Assembly (NCBI GenBank): GCA_010093995.1
Contig: ML992502.1
Span: forward strand, 2,302,728 to 2,366,727
DNA: 64,000 nucleotides
Direction of reading: 5' to 3'
Source of the DNA: Elsinoe ampelina
Lineage: Eukaryota
Shown here: piece by piece, positions 38,410 through 50,899 of the stretch
How positions within the stretch are numbered: the first letter of the stretch is position 1
Layout: the number at the start of each line of letters is the position of its first letter
Notes under the pieces: generated by a model
Database searches by the model: none
What the model was told of the DNA's origin: nothing
Seen by the model: only the letters and a program-made list of their open reading frames with translations
Made by a program: the position numbers and the translations under genes

Positions 38410-38881
38410 CTACTTGTTCTTCGTCTGCTTGTACGTGAATCGCTTTCTCGTTCTGCGCAGTGGTCAGCCCCTTGTTCCGTCCTTCTGGTCAGACTGGGTC
38501 CCTACTGTGCGAATTCGCCCAGCTTATGCCCCACCATATCCTCTGTTATCCGCACATCATCGTATGATTTGCCGTTGTGTACTTGAAATATCATTCCCAC
38601 GAAGTTGGGAAGGATGGTTGCGCCTCGTGCTTGGGTTCGGACAGGCGGTTGTCGTTCTCCTGCCTTGACGCGGACGATTGGAAGACTTTGACATATGAGT
38701 TGATATTCTATGATGGTTGTATAGACCCCAATCGAAGCCAGAGCGGCCTTGAGTAGTTCAGGTAACTTACGGTACAATGTTAGGCCCTGTGTGGGTTCGT
38801 CAGCGGCTGTTGATCTCGAGGACCGGGTGACCTACCTTTCCATACCGAGCGCGAGCCGAAAAGAGCTGCTGTCGGGCGCAT
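38410..38881 (-). CDS. RSM19: Mitochondrial ribosomal protein uS19m; four exons
   Basis: MRPTAALFGSRSVWKG/PNIVP/LPIV...TQARGATILPNFVGMIFQVHNGKSY...EDMVGHKLGEFA/TRKRFTYKQTKNK*. Confidence 0.92.
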
Positions 38882-39215
38882 TGTGAGTATCGAGCTGATA
38901 TGCAGAGGTCCCTATAATCAGTCAAGATGGCGTGCACTTCTTCAAGTCCGCGGAGAACGACGTGCTAAGCCCGAAGAGGTTAAAGTCCATTTTCTCGAGC
39001 CGCGCTAAACGCGAGCTCTTCGGTTTGCTGCAGCTCTGCTAGGCAGCAGAGGGCGCGGGGATGCACATGTCAGGACAAACGAGGACGCGAAGTAGTACCG
39101 AGCCGTGACATGTCTTCTTTCGACTGTCGTCTTTCACCGCCGTCTTTCTCTCCCACCTTCAATCACTTTCTTGATCGTGGTGCCACTCGATACTGAGTAG
39201 TGGCCGATCATCAAG

Positions 39216-41547
39216 ATGGTTCAATACTCTAGTAAGCTGAGTGACACAGCAATCTGATTGCATATCTGACCTTTTCATAGCTTCGGATACTATACGTATA
39301 CTTGTCTCCACCGACAACCATGTTGGCTACCAGGAGCGCGACAGCGAGCGTGGCAACGACAGCACGAAGGCGTTTGAAGAAATCATGAACCTTGCCAAGG
39401 AGAGAGACGTCGACATGGTCCTCCTCGCTGGAGATCTCTTTCACGAGAACAAGCCATCACGTAAGGCTATGCACGAAGTCATGAAGTCCCTCCGCATGAA
39501 CTGCTTTGGCGATAAGCCATGTGAGCTGCAGATGCTCAGCGACGCAGGCGAAGTCTTTCACGGTCCCTTCAACCATGCCAACTACGAAGACGAGAACCTC
39601 AACGTCGCCATTCCTGTCTTCTCCATTCACGGCAACCACGATGATCCTTCCGGCGAAGGTCACTTCTCTGCTCTCGACATTCTCCAGATGGGTGGGCTGA
39701 TCAATTACTATGGTCGTGTCCCCGAAGCCGACGCCATCGAAGTCAAGCCTGTCCTCTTGCAGAAGGGACGCACCAAGCTTGCCCTCTACGGACTCAGCAA
39801 CGTCCGCGACGAGCGCCTCTTCCGCACCTTTCGTGACGGCAAGGTCAAGTTCTTCCAACCGGGTACCCAGAAGTCGGACTGGTTCAACCTAATGAGCGTT
39901 CATCAGAATCACTACGCCCACACCGACACAAGCTACCTCCCTGAGCATTTCCTCCCTGGCTTTTTAGACCTGGTGGTCTGGGGTCACGAGCACGAATGCT
40001 TGATTGATCCCAAATTCAACCCAGACACCGGCTTTCACGTCATGCAGCCTGGCTCCTCTATTGCCACATCTCTCTGCCTTGGTGAAGCTGTTCCCAAGCA
40101 GGTCACCATCCTCAGCATCACAGGCAAGGAGTTCAAGACCGAGAATATTCGGCTCAAGAGTGTCCGCCCTTTCAACATGCGCGAGATTGTTCTCCAGGAT
40201 GACAAGAACATGAAGGCGATTGCAAAGAAGTCCGAGAACCGCACCGCTGTCACCAAGTATCTCACCGCCATTGTCGACGAGATGATCGAGGAGGCACGTA
40301 ACAGCTGGGTAGATCTACAAGAGGAGGTGCCTGAGGATGAGAAGGATTGGCCCAAGCCACTCATCCGATTGCGTGTTGAGTATACTGCTCCGGAAGGCGG
40401 CAAGTTCGACTGTGAGAATCCACAGCGCTTCTCTAACCGCTTCGTCGAAAGGGTTGCGAACAAGAACGATGTCGTCCAATTCTACCGCAAGAAGGCAAAG
40501 GCTACATCTCGATCTGCCGCAAAGCCTGAGCAGCCAGACGAGGAGGTTCTGGCACAGCTTTCCATCGACACTATCAAAGTCGACAAGCTTGTCAAGGAGT
40601 TCTTGTTGGCTCAGTCTCTTACCATTCTGCCGCAAAACTCATTTGGAGAAGCTGTCGACCTCTTCGTCGACAAGGACGATGGTCAGGCGGTCAAGAACTT
40701 TGTCACCGAGAGTCTGGAGAATCAGGTCAAGCACCTGCTCGATAACAACGAGAACCTGGACGATGAAGACATGGCTAATGCGATGGAGGAGTACAAGGCG
40801 AAGCTGGAGGGGATCTTTAAGGAGCACGCTGGCAAGTTCGCAAAAAACAAGACTGCGACCCGCAAGCCTGCGAATTGGGATTCAGATATGGACGGGCCTT
40901 TCGATGGAGGTTCTGTCAACGGCGCTGCCAATGGTCATGATGATGAGGATGACTATGGCTCACCAACTCCGAAGCCTCGCAAGGGCAGGACTACCGCGAA
41001 GACGAATGGCACGACTGCTCGCAAGACTGGTGCTGCGAAAAAGACGGCTGCAAAGCCTGCAGCCAAGAAGACGACTGGACGTGGGAAGAAGGCTGTGGTC
41101 AGCGAGGATGAGGATGAAGATGAAGATGAAGATGTGGTCATGATTGATGATGACGAGGATGAGGAGCCAGAAGAGGAGGACGACGACGTTGATGCAGAGG
41201 AAGAGAGCCAAGGACTCTTCGTAAGCACTGCGAAGAAGCCTGCTGCCCGTTCGACCAGAGCTGCGCCCAAGCGTGCTGCCTCTCCCAAGAAGACATCTCG
41301 TGCTGCAGCAACCAAGTCCAAGAGTCAGGCTTCTTCCAGCACACAGTCCAAGCTCAACTTTTCGCAGCCGGCTCGTCCTGCAAAAGCCGCCGCAAGCCGC
41401 AGGGTCCAGGAAATTGTAAGTCTCCCATAAAAAGCTCCCAACGATTCTACTGACATCCCGCGTCTTCAGAGCGATGATGAGATCTCCGACGATGATGCCT
41501 TTGAGCCTGCACCTGCAGCTTCTCGTTCAACTCGTGGTCGTAGATAG
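39216..41547 (+). CDS. MRE11: Double-strand break repair nuclease Mre11; introns at about 39232-39280 and 41416-41469
   Basis: TDNHVGY, LAGDLFHENKPS, SIHGNHDDPSG, VHQNH, WGHEHEC, QPGSSIATSL, PLIRLRVEY, ENPQRFSNRF. Confidence 0.98.
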
Positions 41548-42161
41548 ATGAAGGTGATCGGTGTGGATTTTCGTTTCAGCACTTGCATGATACCCTGGTA
41601 GCATGGCGTATATGGCGGGGGTTCTGACAGACAGGAAGCGGGCTATGACTATGGACGGACCGGTCATGGGCTCTGATGTAGCTCAAAATACAGTGTCACG
41701 ACATTTCAGCTTCGATGATCGATGGTGCACCATTTCTAGGAAGGCGCCATTGCCTTAGGTAAACTCCTCCTTCCGTTCCCTTCTGTCTCTATTCCTTGAA
41801 GCAAGCGCAATCCCGACCGCCTGGTCTCTTCCAAAGGTCAATCAATCCATGCCCATTTTCTCTTCACCATAATCAACCCATCACAATCTCCCATTCGTTT
41901 TCCCCCCAATCTCCATTGCTCACGACCACCGACCATCTGTCACTCATTTGAGCCCGCTTGGATCAGCTAGAATCAATTCATCGGATCGGATAACATCCTC
42001 GCTTGTGCAGGACGCCATCGAATAGAGAATAGTACGTCTACTCCATCGTATACCAAAGTGGAACATCTCTGACATGTGACAGTCATTCCACATCTGCCGA
42101 CCGACCGCAGCATCACGATCGATCTCCTCCCTGGGACTACAGTCTCCTGACGGCATTGAAG

Positions 42162-45100
42162 ATGCCTCAGAAACCTGCCCACCGAGCGTACTCTGCCGAA
42201 GAGCTACTCGCCCTGCGCAGGTCGGCCTCAGACGAGCCTGCCTTGACCATTCAGAAGAGAGCCGATGATGGAGTCATCCGAGGTACGTCGTCAGTCCCGA
42301 CAGTATGGTCACAACGGACACCTTTCCTTGAAGAGCACGTGGCGGAGGCACATCTCATAACTACCGGATCGCACGAGTTTTCTTCATCTCCTCCACCTTT
42401 TCCCTGTCATCCGCATACATGATATGCCATGCCATACGACATGTCTTCTCCTGTATCTCCTTTCTCGCAAGCCTTTGTACATCACCTGGACTATGCTCTT
42501 CGTCTAGTTGAGAGTCCACCTTCTCATTCCAGCCATTTCTCACGTCAGAATCACATTGAAGCCTGTTTCAGTACGCTGACAGAGTTTGATGAAGACCATG
42601 TTTTACGCAACTCACGCCTTGCCGGCCCTCGATCGGCAAGCTCAGCTCTACCACGTGACAATTTTCGCATTGCGAACGACCACGCCACGGTGTTCCCTGG
42701 ACCCGTCCTCAGCGAAATTGATCCGAATAACCAGCGCATTCGCATGAACGCCATCCCCACCGACTCACCTTCAGCATCGCTCAAAAAGAAGAAGGCAGAA
42801 CAAATTCTCAAGCAGCACGGCTCACCTCCTGGCATCCGAGTCACCGCCGGTGGTCGTATCGTTCCCAGCGAGCAGTCTCCTCTCTGTAGCCCCCGCTATG
42901 GCTACAGCGCTGTCCAGAAGAACGGAGGTCTCATCAAATTCGCTCCTGGCTACCCTCCTCCATCCAAATCCTTCTCCAACTATGCTCGCACTCTGCCCAA
43001 CGGCTGGGTCCTCCAGGATCCGTCAGGTATTCTCGTTCAAGTCGTTGACGGTCGTCTGCTCGCCATCAACGAGGTCGACAGCATTCCCCAGCTCTACATC
43101 ACCGCGCCCAATTTGGACAATGCAGCGTGGGCCAAATTCCACGAAGCTCAGGAGAAGTCCGCAGATCATGCTCCGCCACCCAAGTCAGACACCTCAAGCA
43201 AGGCCGACTCCATGAAGGACACTTCTGTTCCATCCGTCGCCGATCAGGTTGTTGCTTTGGAGAAGCAATATCAGAAGCTTGAATCCGAACGCCGCAGTCT
43301 CGACAAGACGGAAGTCCTCAAGCGCAGTGAGCTCACTGGTGGCGCTTACAACCAGTTGGTCCAGAAGCGCCGCGAATTGATCGAACGTCAGGACGAGGTT
43401 CGCCGCAGCATCAAGGCTCTGAAGGAGAGTAAGTCTGGTGCTGAGGGCTCCGGTATCAACATGTCCACCAAGCGCTCCCCCGATACCGGGTCCTCACAAT
43501 TCGCAATGAATCCTGGCTTCCTGTTCCCTGGTCATACTCCCCTCGATCCCAACATGTCAGGCGTGCGCATGCCAATGATGATGCCTGCCGGCAATGATCA
43601 GGTCCCTATTCTGGTTCCTCATGGTTTCTACCCTGGTGGCGTCTCACCTTTCTTCCCCATGGGTAACTTCCTGCCGACAATGGCGCAAATGCCAGTTCAA
43701 GCTCTCAATAACCCACAGTCGGCTTACCAGGTGCCCGACATGAGCCATGCGCCCTATCTTCCTTTCTTCAACCCGGTCACAGCACGCAGTTCTGAGAACG
43801 AGAAGGATACTGGAGGGCGTCCTGGTAGTGCTGGTCTTCGCTCTGGGTTGAACCCCATGAGTCCTGTCTACGAGCCCAGTGGAAGCAAGCCAACTTCTCC
43901 AGAGAAGAAGCATGTCACACCCTTCACCCAAGACTTCAACAATTCGGTCATCATCACCGCACAGCCTCCTCTTTCCAGCAAAGATCGTCAGACCACTCCT
44001 GGCATCAGGTCCACTCACAACTCGAGCGAGGCGAGCTATGCTACAGCCGATTTCTTCCCTCACAACCCTCGTGACCACTCTCTTCACAAGGAGACCTATC
44101 CTGTGTCAAGTCGCAAGGGCAATGTCGCCGCCCACAGTTCCATCACCACGCTCCAATCCAATTCGGAAGAAGCCATTGCTCAGCCGGAGATGGAACGCCA
44201 CAATTCCAATTGGAACCCGACCATCCCTGACCAGGCTTTCCAGAAAATCCCACGAACCAGTCAGGAGCCTATCGGGTCGAAGCCTACAAGTCAGCCTCAT
44301 AAGGTTTCCGGACAGTCGCAGAAGTCACTTCCACGCATAGCCACGCCTGTCAACAATGACTACGCCGAAGGATATCGCGCTGGGCTCGTTCGTGCTGCTA
44401 TTGGCAACGAGAGCCAGAGCAAGGAATGGTTTGACGGATACTGCAAGGGTCTTCTTGAGTCTGTCCATCCTGTACTACCCACTCCAGTCGACGATAATCC
44501 CAACAAGCTTGTTGTCAGGCTTCCAAGCGCTGGAAACTCTGGTCCACCTCCCACCAAGGTGCAGAAGCTTGACTCCGGTTCCCATGCTGGCTCGCTCCGC
44601 GTTCCTTCCAAGGTTGATCTTTCCAGTCTCAAGGACCTTGTCAACTCTCCAGCCAACGAGAATGCCATCTTGTCACCTGATCCAGAAGGTCCACATGTCG
44701 ACTCTATTCGAGGCAAGTCTCTGGGTTCTTGGTCCAAGGAGAACAGCACTCGTGGCGTTGAGGAAGTTGGCACTCAAGCCGGCAGCAAGTTTGATGGTCA
44801 GGTCAACACTAAGGGTGCCACCGACCAGAGCATCGTTACCACCGACTTCGCCCAGACTCGTGTAGAGCCTCCAGAGCTGACCAGCGGAAATCGAGCCTTC
44901 TCCGCTCAGGTTCAGCCCACCAGGGATATCTCCGGGTCTTACTTTCAGCGTGCTTATGGTGCCCATCGAGTTCTCAGCTCACCAATGGATTGGAAGTCGG
45001 CAAACTCGGTCGCTCAAGTGGCTGGTCTCGCCAACGGGTACTTTGCACAATTTGATGGTACGCTCAGCGATCTGGCAACATATTCAGAGCTGTCCCCGCT

Positions 45101-45440
45101 GACTCGTCACCCTTCTCAAACAGGTACTTCCTCCAAGCCAGCATCCAAGACGGCTCATGGCAACCACTCTCATCTCGAAAAGCTGGCCGCTACCAAGTTC
45201 AAGGAAGCAACCATGACTCAGGATGAGCCTGCTTCTCCAGGCAAGGCATCCGGCAACTTGTCGCCCAAGAAGACGGTCTCTCCAGCTAAGGCCAAGTTCG
45301 CCGCAATCGCTGGCAAGGCTGGCATCAAGGTCCGCACTGATCGTCCCCAGTCCAAGGAGAGCAACGATCTGGATCATCTCGTCCCTCGTGAACGCCGTCC
45401 TTGGAGATACGTCTGGAAGGGGCGCAACACTGGCGAGTAG
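42162..45440 (+). CDS. Hypothetical ~990-aa largely disordered protein; exon 1 42162-42282, exon 2 42595-45440
   Basis: Intron GTACGT...GCTGAC...AAG joins VIR-D-HVLR in frame. Contains HGSPPGIRVTAGGRIVP, a coiled coil and YATADFFP. Confidence 0.82.
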
Positions 45441-46236
45441 GTGCTTGATTTCCTGTTGGGTCGAGACCAGCTTTCTTTCCACTCCTCTGGCCGCGCAGGA
45501 TACACAGGCATCGTTCTGGATGAACGATAACTTTGATCAAGTATGCTTCAACACAACATCGATTCGGACAGCATCATCACCGACAGCATCGCATCGACAG
45601 CATCGCATCGACAGCATCAATGGACATATCTTCATCAGCAAGCAGCGCTACTTGACATCGACATTCCGTTCTGCTTGGACTTGGCCGAAACATCCTTCTA
45701 TCATCACCACCACTACTGTCGTTTCTGCAACTTCTACCTCAGAACTTTGTCAGCATCACATACGGACGAGGAGTGATCGGAGCATTTTGTCTTGGTCGCC
45801 GCAGCGTGATGGGCTTGCGGGCACACGTGGTAATGAGGATGAGCGTGTGGTGCATTATTGCAGCTTTTCTATCCACAAATAGCAGTAGTTTTAACCCATA
45901 TGAATATTTTGTTTCCATCATGAACTCCCATCTGTCGTGATATTTTGGCGTGAGCTGTAGTGCAAATGGTGCAAACAGAGCTTCGTCTTGGCGCGTTCAT
46001 CACCATCTGCAGCCTGCAGCTTCACGATTCAGAGCTTCCATTCAATCTCCATCACCTCCCACCGACCTCACCCATCACAGCAATTCTCCTCTTCATCAAC
46101 GTAGCTGTATCCGAGTCAGCATCCTGTTGAAGAAAGCATTCAGTTTCTTCATAAGCTTGCATAAGCTCCAGCGCCTGTACCCAAAGACAGCTCATCCACA
46201 AACTCTCACCAAACACTCACACCCTCACCAACCACA

Positions 46237-46821
46237 ATGGTACCTCCCCCTCCATCCCCTCCATCACCTAACCCCATCTGACATTCGCAGTCTCTCCGTC
46301 TAGTCCCAGCCCCCGTCCACCCAACCTCCACACAACTCACCACCTCAGCCCCCTCGGCCCCTGGCGTCCCGGACCCCCTCCGCTCCCGCCTCGCCCTCAC
46401 CGTCCCCGTGCCGGCAAAGGGCTCCTCCCTCGCCACCCAACCCGCCTCCACCAGCCAAGCGCCGGCGTCCTCCCACCCGCTCGAAACCCGCCTGTCCGCG
46501 TGGCGCGCCACCACCGAGGCGACCAAGATGAACATGCTGGCGCGGCAGTACGGCATCGCGGAGCCGGTGCGCAGGAGGTTGGAGCTCCAGAGTTGCGCGG
46601 CGGGGGAGTGGCGCCCTGCTGTGTTGGGGGGGGAGGGGAGGGGGTTCGGGAGTGCGTGGGGGAGTGGGAGTGCGTGGACCGGGACCGGGGTGCATGCTGA
46701 TATTTTGTTGGGTAGGGAGGCGGAGGTCGGGTGGGAGGATGTTTTTGTCGGGTGTCCGTTGAGGAAGGTGGTGGGGTTTCATGAGGAGATGGAGGGGAGG
46801 GTGGGGATGGGTGCTTGGTAG
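46237..46821 (+). CDS. UMP1: Proteasome maturation factor; the first coding exon is the ATG alone, intron 46240-46290
   Basis: M/SLRLVP...APSAPGVPDPLR, SHPLETRLSAWRATTEATKMNMLARQYGIAEPVRRRLEL, VHADILLGREAEVGWEDVF, FHEEME. Confidence 0.92.
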
Positions 46822-47310
46822 ATTTGGAGGGTGAGGCAGAGGGGATGAGGGGATGAGGGGATGAGCGAGGTGCTGGTCTACGGGAGGAAGGGACTGTGGG
46901 GCGAATTTGACGGGAGGTAGAGGGCGTCGAAGAGCATGTATCATATGGTCATGGCGTCGTGGGCTCAAACCAGCAGGGTCTTGAGGGATTCGGTATAGAA
47001 GATGCTGTATCAACATGGTCACAAACACATGCTTCACGAACAAGTGATGACGAGCAGCGAAGTTGTCCCCAGGATCGCTCAATCAATTCCGCTATCATCA
47101 TCCGCTATGCAATTCCTCCCCTTCACAAAAGACCGGGCCTGTCGCACCCTTCCATCTATCTCCCTGCGCAGCCCCATTTACTGATAAGCTAAAGTGTGAC
47201 GCAGGAAAAGTGCTGACTTGGGTATCTCCTCGCTCGCTTTGTACTAGGTATGTTGGTTCAGTCGCTGAAACATCGCTCGCTAGTCGGACGGATGGACGAT
47301 ATGTGCATGT

Positions 47311-49358
47311 CTACCGGAGGTGAAGGGCTTTCTTCGTGTTCTCGTACACGACGTAGGTCTGTGATTGTCAGTATTGGGCGAAAAGCCGAAAGGGGTAGGC
47401 AGAGGCTTACGATTGACACTGCTGGGATGACCTTCAGCAGGTTCGGCGTCAAGCCCTTGAAGAGACCGCGCACGCCTTCGCCCTTGATGGTTTGCCTCGT
47501 GACGTCGACTATGCCAGTGTAGGTCCTCGGATGCGCTGCGGTGCCTTGAGTCTGCAGTCTGGTCCTGAGCAGGTTGATGGGATAGACAGCGCTGGCACCG
47601 ATCGCTCCGCTACAACCTCCCATCAGAGCAAGGGTGAAGTTGCCAGGCAAAGCTTCTTCGTGAGAGCAGTTGAGGCGTTGAGACTTGCGTGTGACCACGG
47701 CGCGCTTGAGGTACTCAAAGGTGCCCAGGTCGATAGCAGCGTACGGGAACATGCCCACCAGTCCCATTGTGAGACCGCGATAGAAAGCTCGAAGGCCGTC
47801 GCGTGCCCACATCTTCTTCGCAGTTGCGATGATAAGTGCGTTGCCACTGAGTCCACCTTTGACTGTCTCGTTCTGCATGCGGAACTTGAGCGTGTCGAGA
47901 GGATACACGACTGCTTGTGAGATCATTCCTGCCACTCCTCCCGCCACGAATTGCGAACCGGCGGAGATGCGCTTGGAATCTCCGTGACCTTCTATCTTGG
48001 AGATGATGCGTTTCGATGCTTCGTATGAGCCAAATTTGACCGCTGACTCCGGCATGACCTTGATGATGTTGATACCGTTTCCTTAAGAGACATCAGCGGT
48101 ATTTGATGGACGTGCAAGACGTGTACGTACCTGCGAAGAGACTTCTAATCCCACCAGCCGCCCATAACTCACGACAAGCATTGATGAGAGTGCTCGCACC
48201 ATGCTTTGTTGCTTGTATTGGCGCACCTTCCTTCACCTTTGTAATGGCAGAAGCGTTGTCGGTCTGAGCGATAAGGTAAACTTTTAATCGGTCGAGGGGG
48301 GCAGTCGTCGTACGAGACGCAACCCCTGATAACCCGCCGGCAAGAAAGTAGCCTGGATGAGGCACACAAGCAATCAGCACTGACCGAACATAACTTAGAC
48401 GATCTTGCAAGTCGACATGCTGCTTTCGTAGGAGTACTGGGTGATGTGCTTCCTCCTCTTCCTGCGACATGACGAGCTGCTCGTCCACCGCAAGTCCTTC
48501 TTCTTGTGCTAATGCTGCCACTCTGACTCTTTCTTGCTTCTCGTTCTCTTTCTCCGTATCCACACCCGCCGCAACACCTGCTGCCTCGAGCACTTGAAGA
48601 GGTCCTGCCGGGACGAGATCGCTCTGTCGCAGGCGGTGACAGTGATGTGGGGGAGTGGTGATTTGCAAAATGGCACCGAACAGATGGGTATTGAGGAAGG
48701 AAGTTGCGGTACCTAATCCTTGAATTGTCTCGTCGGCAAGACTGACATCTCCTTCAGCATTGACCTTGACAGTTGATTGATAGTATGAGAGGATAGCTCT
48801 CAGGCCGACGATGCGCGGGGGCATGAAGAGGAGAAAATCTCTGTAAGGTTTTAGTCAATGTGAAGTCCTTGTTGAAAAGCATGTGAAGGTTCACCTCCAT
48901 TCCCCGAAGCTTATCACTCCGTCATTGTTCTTGTCAACATCGTTGAAGAATCTTTCGAGACGACCATCTGGCACGGCGATCCCAGCGCGAGCAAATGCTA
49001 ATTTGAGCTCAGCTTTGTCGACGTTGCCGCTGTTATCGTGATCGATTTTGCCAAAGAGTCCCCAGAGCAAAGTTTCGGTCTCATTGACGAATCTGCGAAA
49101 CTCTGCACAGCGTGTCAGCCGAGTGATAGACAGGCGTCGAGCACACTCACCTTCGAATTGTACACGTCCATCGTGATTGATATCCGCCGCATGTAGGACA
49201 TCCATTATGAGATCGTCGGCATTTTGCAAAGGATGATCCAGCTCCTTCAGACCTCTTTTCAGAGCAACCACGTCCAAGGAGCCTTCATTGCGAACATCCA
49301 GCTTCTCCCACAGAGAACGGATTCGTTTCTCCCTCTGCTCCTCGGACTCGTTGTCCAT
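47311..49358 (-). CDS. SAL1: Ca2+-binding mitochondrial ATP-Mg/Pi carrier (EF hands plus carrier repeats)
   Basis: EF hands DINHDGRV, DHDNSGNVD and DKNNDGVISF; carrier motifs APLDRLK, YPLDTLKFRMQ and YPINLLRTRLQ; PNLLKVIPAVSI/TYVVYE. Confidence 0.94.
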
Positions 49359-49921
49359 GGTCTAGCTAGTGTTGCTATCTCGGTTTCATGCTTGTGCGGG
49401 AGTGTCTTGGGTCGCGTGTGGTCCTCGCTACGAAGGAGCTATAGGAGACCAGAAAACTCCTTGCTCCGATGTGGTTGTTGGGTGAGCTCCACCAGGCAGA
49501 GGTCGAGAGGTTTGACGGAGCCCCTGTCGAAAGCTTTGAAAGTTCGCAAGCAAACTCACTGATCAATGGCTGCTGGGTAAAGATGGACCTTTAGCTACTA
49601 AGAAGATTAATCGTGGGGTCTGACGTGCAAGTCTTGGCCTGTTGCCGGCGCCGACAGAGCCGCATTTGGATCACCTCAAGCTTGATTGGCTGGAATGGGA
49701 TACCATAAGAACCATACCATACCAGGCACTGTTCCATGTGGCAATACTGCGGCAAAGCAGCTCTGGCAGCACTCGCTGATCCGTTCACATCATATCTGAG
49801 TGCTTGAACAAAATGTTTGAGTCATCTTCAACAATCTTGCTCGGCTGCAATTCGTGTCATTACTGTGTTTGACATTTGAGATATCCTCGCCGCCTAACTC
49901 AGCACAGTACGATAGGCAGTC

Positions 49922-50899
49922 ATGGCGGCCAATTTCTGGGACTCGACACAATTCAAGTTCTGGACCTTTGACAAAGACGAGCTTGTAGAGAAGCGACAAG
50001 CCATGTACGAAGCCAATAGAACTCTGCACACCAAATATGAGATGCCGGAGCGCCGCCATGTCAACATCTTCCTACAGCAGCGTAAGCCTATCTTGCCCAC
50101 AGCTCATTTCTCACTTGACATTTCATCATGAGCGGATGCTGATTCAAGATTAGAAATGGTCAAGCTTGGTCGTCGACTCAATTTGCGTCAGCAAGTGCTT
50201 GCTACCGCTCAGATCTACGTCCGTCGTTTCTATCTCAAAGTAGAGATACGCCGCACGAATCCTTACCTGGTCATGACCACCGCCATTTACCTCGCATGCA
50301 AGACTGAAGAATGCCCAGTGCATATCAGATTCATGCTGGGTGAAGCTGCCCGACACTGGACAGAACTTGGCATCAGCGATAGCTCCAAGATTGGCGAATG
50401 TGAATTTTACCTGATCAGCACACTTCGATCACAGATGATTGTGCATCATCCATATCGGACAATCACAGATCTGGCGCCAGACCTCAACATGAGTACGGAA
50501 GAGAGCAGTCTTGCAGCAAGCATCGTCAACGATCACTATAATACTGATCTACCTTTCCTGCATCCGCCACACGTCATCGCTGTGACCGCTATATTCCTAG
50601 CAATAGTGCTGCGGCCTACTCAGAGTGGACTACAAGCACACAGCGCTGCTGCAGCTACAGCTGGTCAAGTTCAACAAGCGATCACGCAGGGCATGGGAGC
50701 GCTTGCTGGAGGTGGCGGGAAAGCCCACCATGCCAAGATCATGAAGATGGTAGACTGGCTTGCCGAGACGGAAGTTGATCTTGAGGCTGTCATCAATTCG
50801 ACGCAGGAGCTGATCAGCATGTATGAGTTGTGGGAGACATACAGCGAACGGCCGACCAAGGAGGCAATTAGCAAATACTTGAAAGACGGTGTGCATTAA
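49922..50899 (+). CDS. SSN8: Cyclin C, Mediator kinase module subunit; intron 50082-50153
   Basis: MAANFWDSTQ, RQQVLATAQIYVRRFY, YLACKTEECPVHIR, ECEFYLI, IVHHPYR, NDHYNTDL. Confidence 0.95.

Noticed and set aside
45567..45620. GACAGCATCGCATC short tandem repeats (also GAAGGAGAGTG x3 near 60669-60701)
   Set aside because: Ordinary slippage repeats in non-coding sequence with no further structure.
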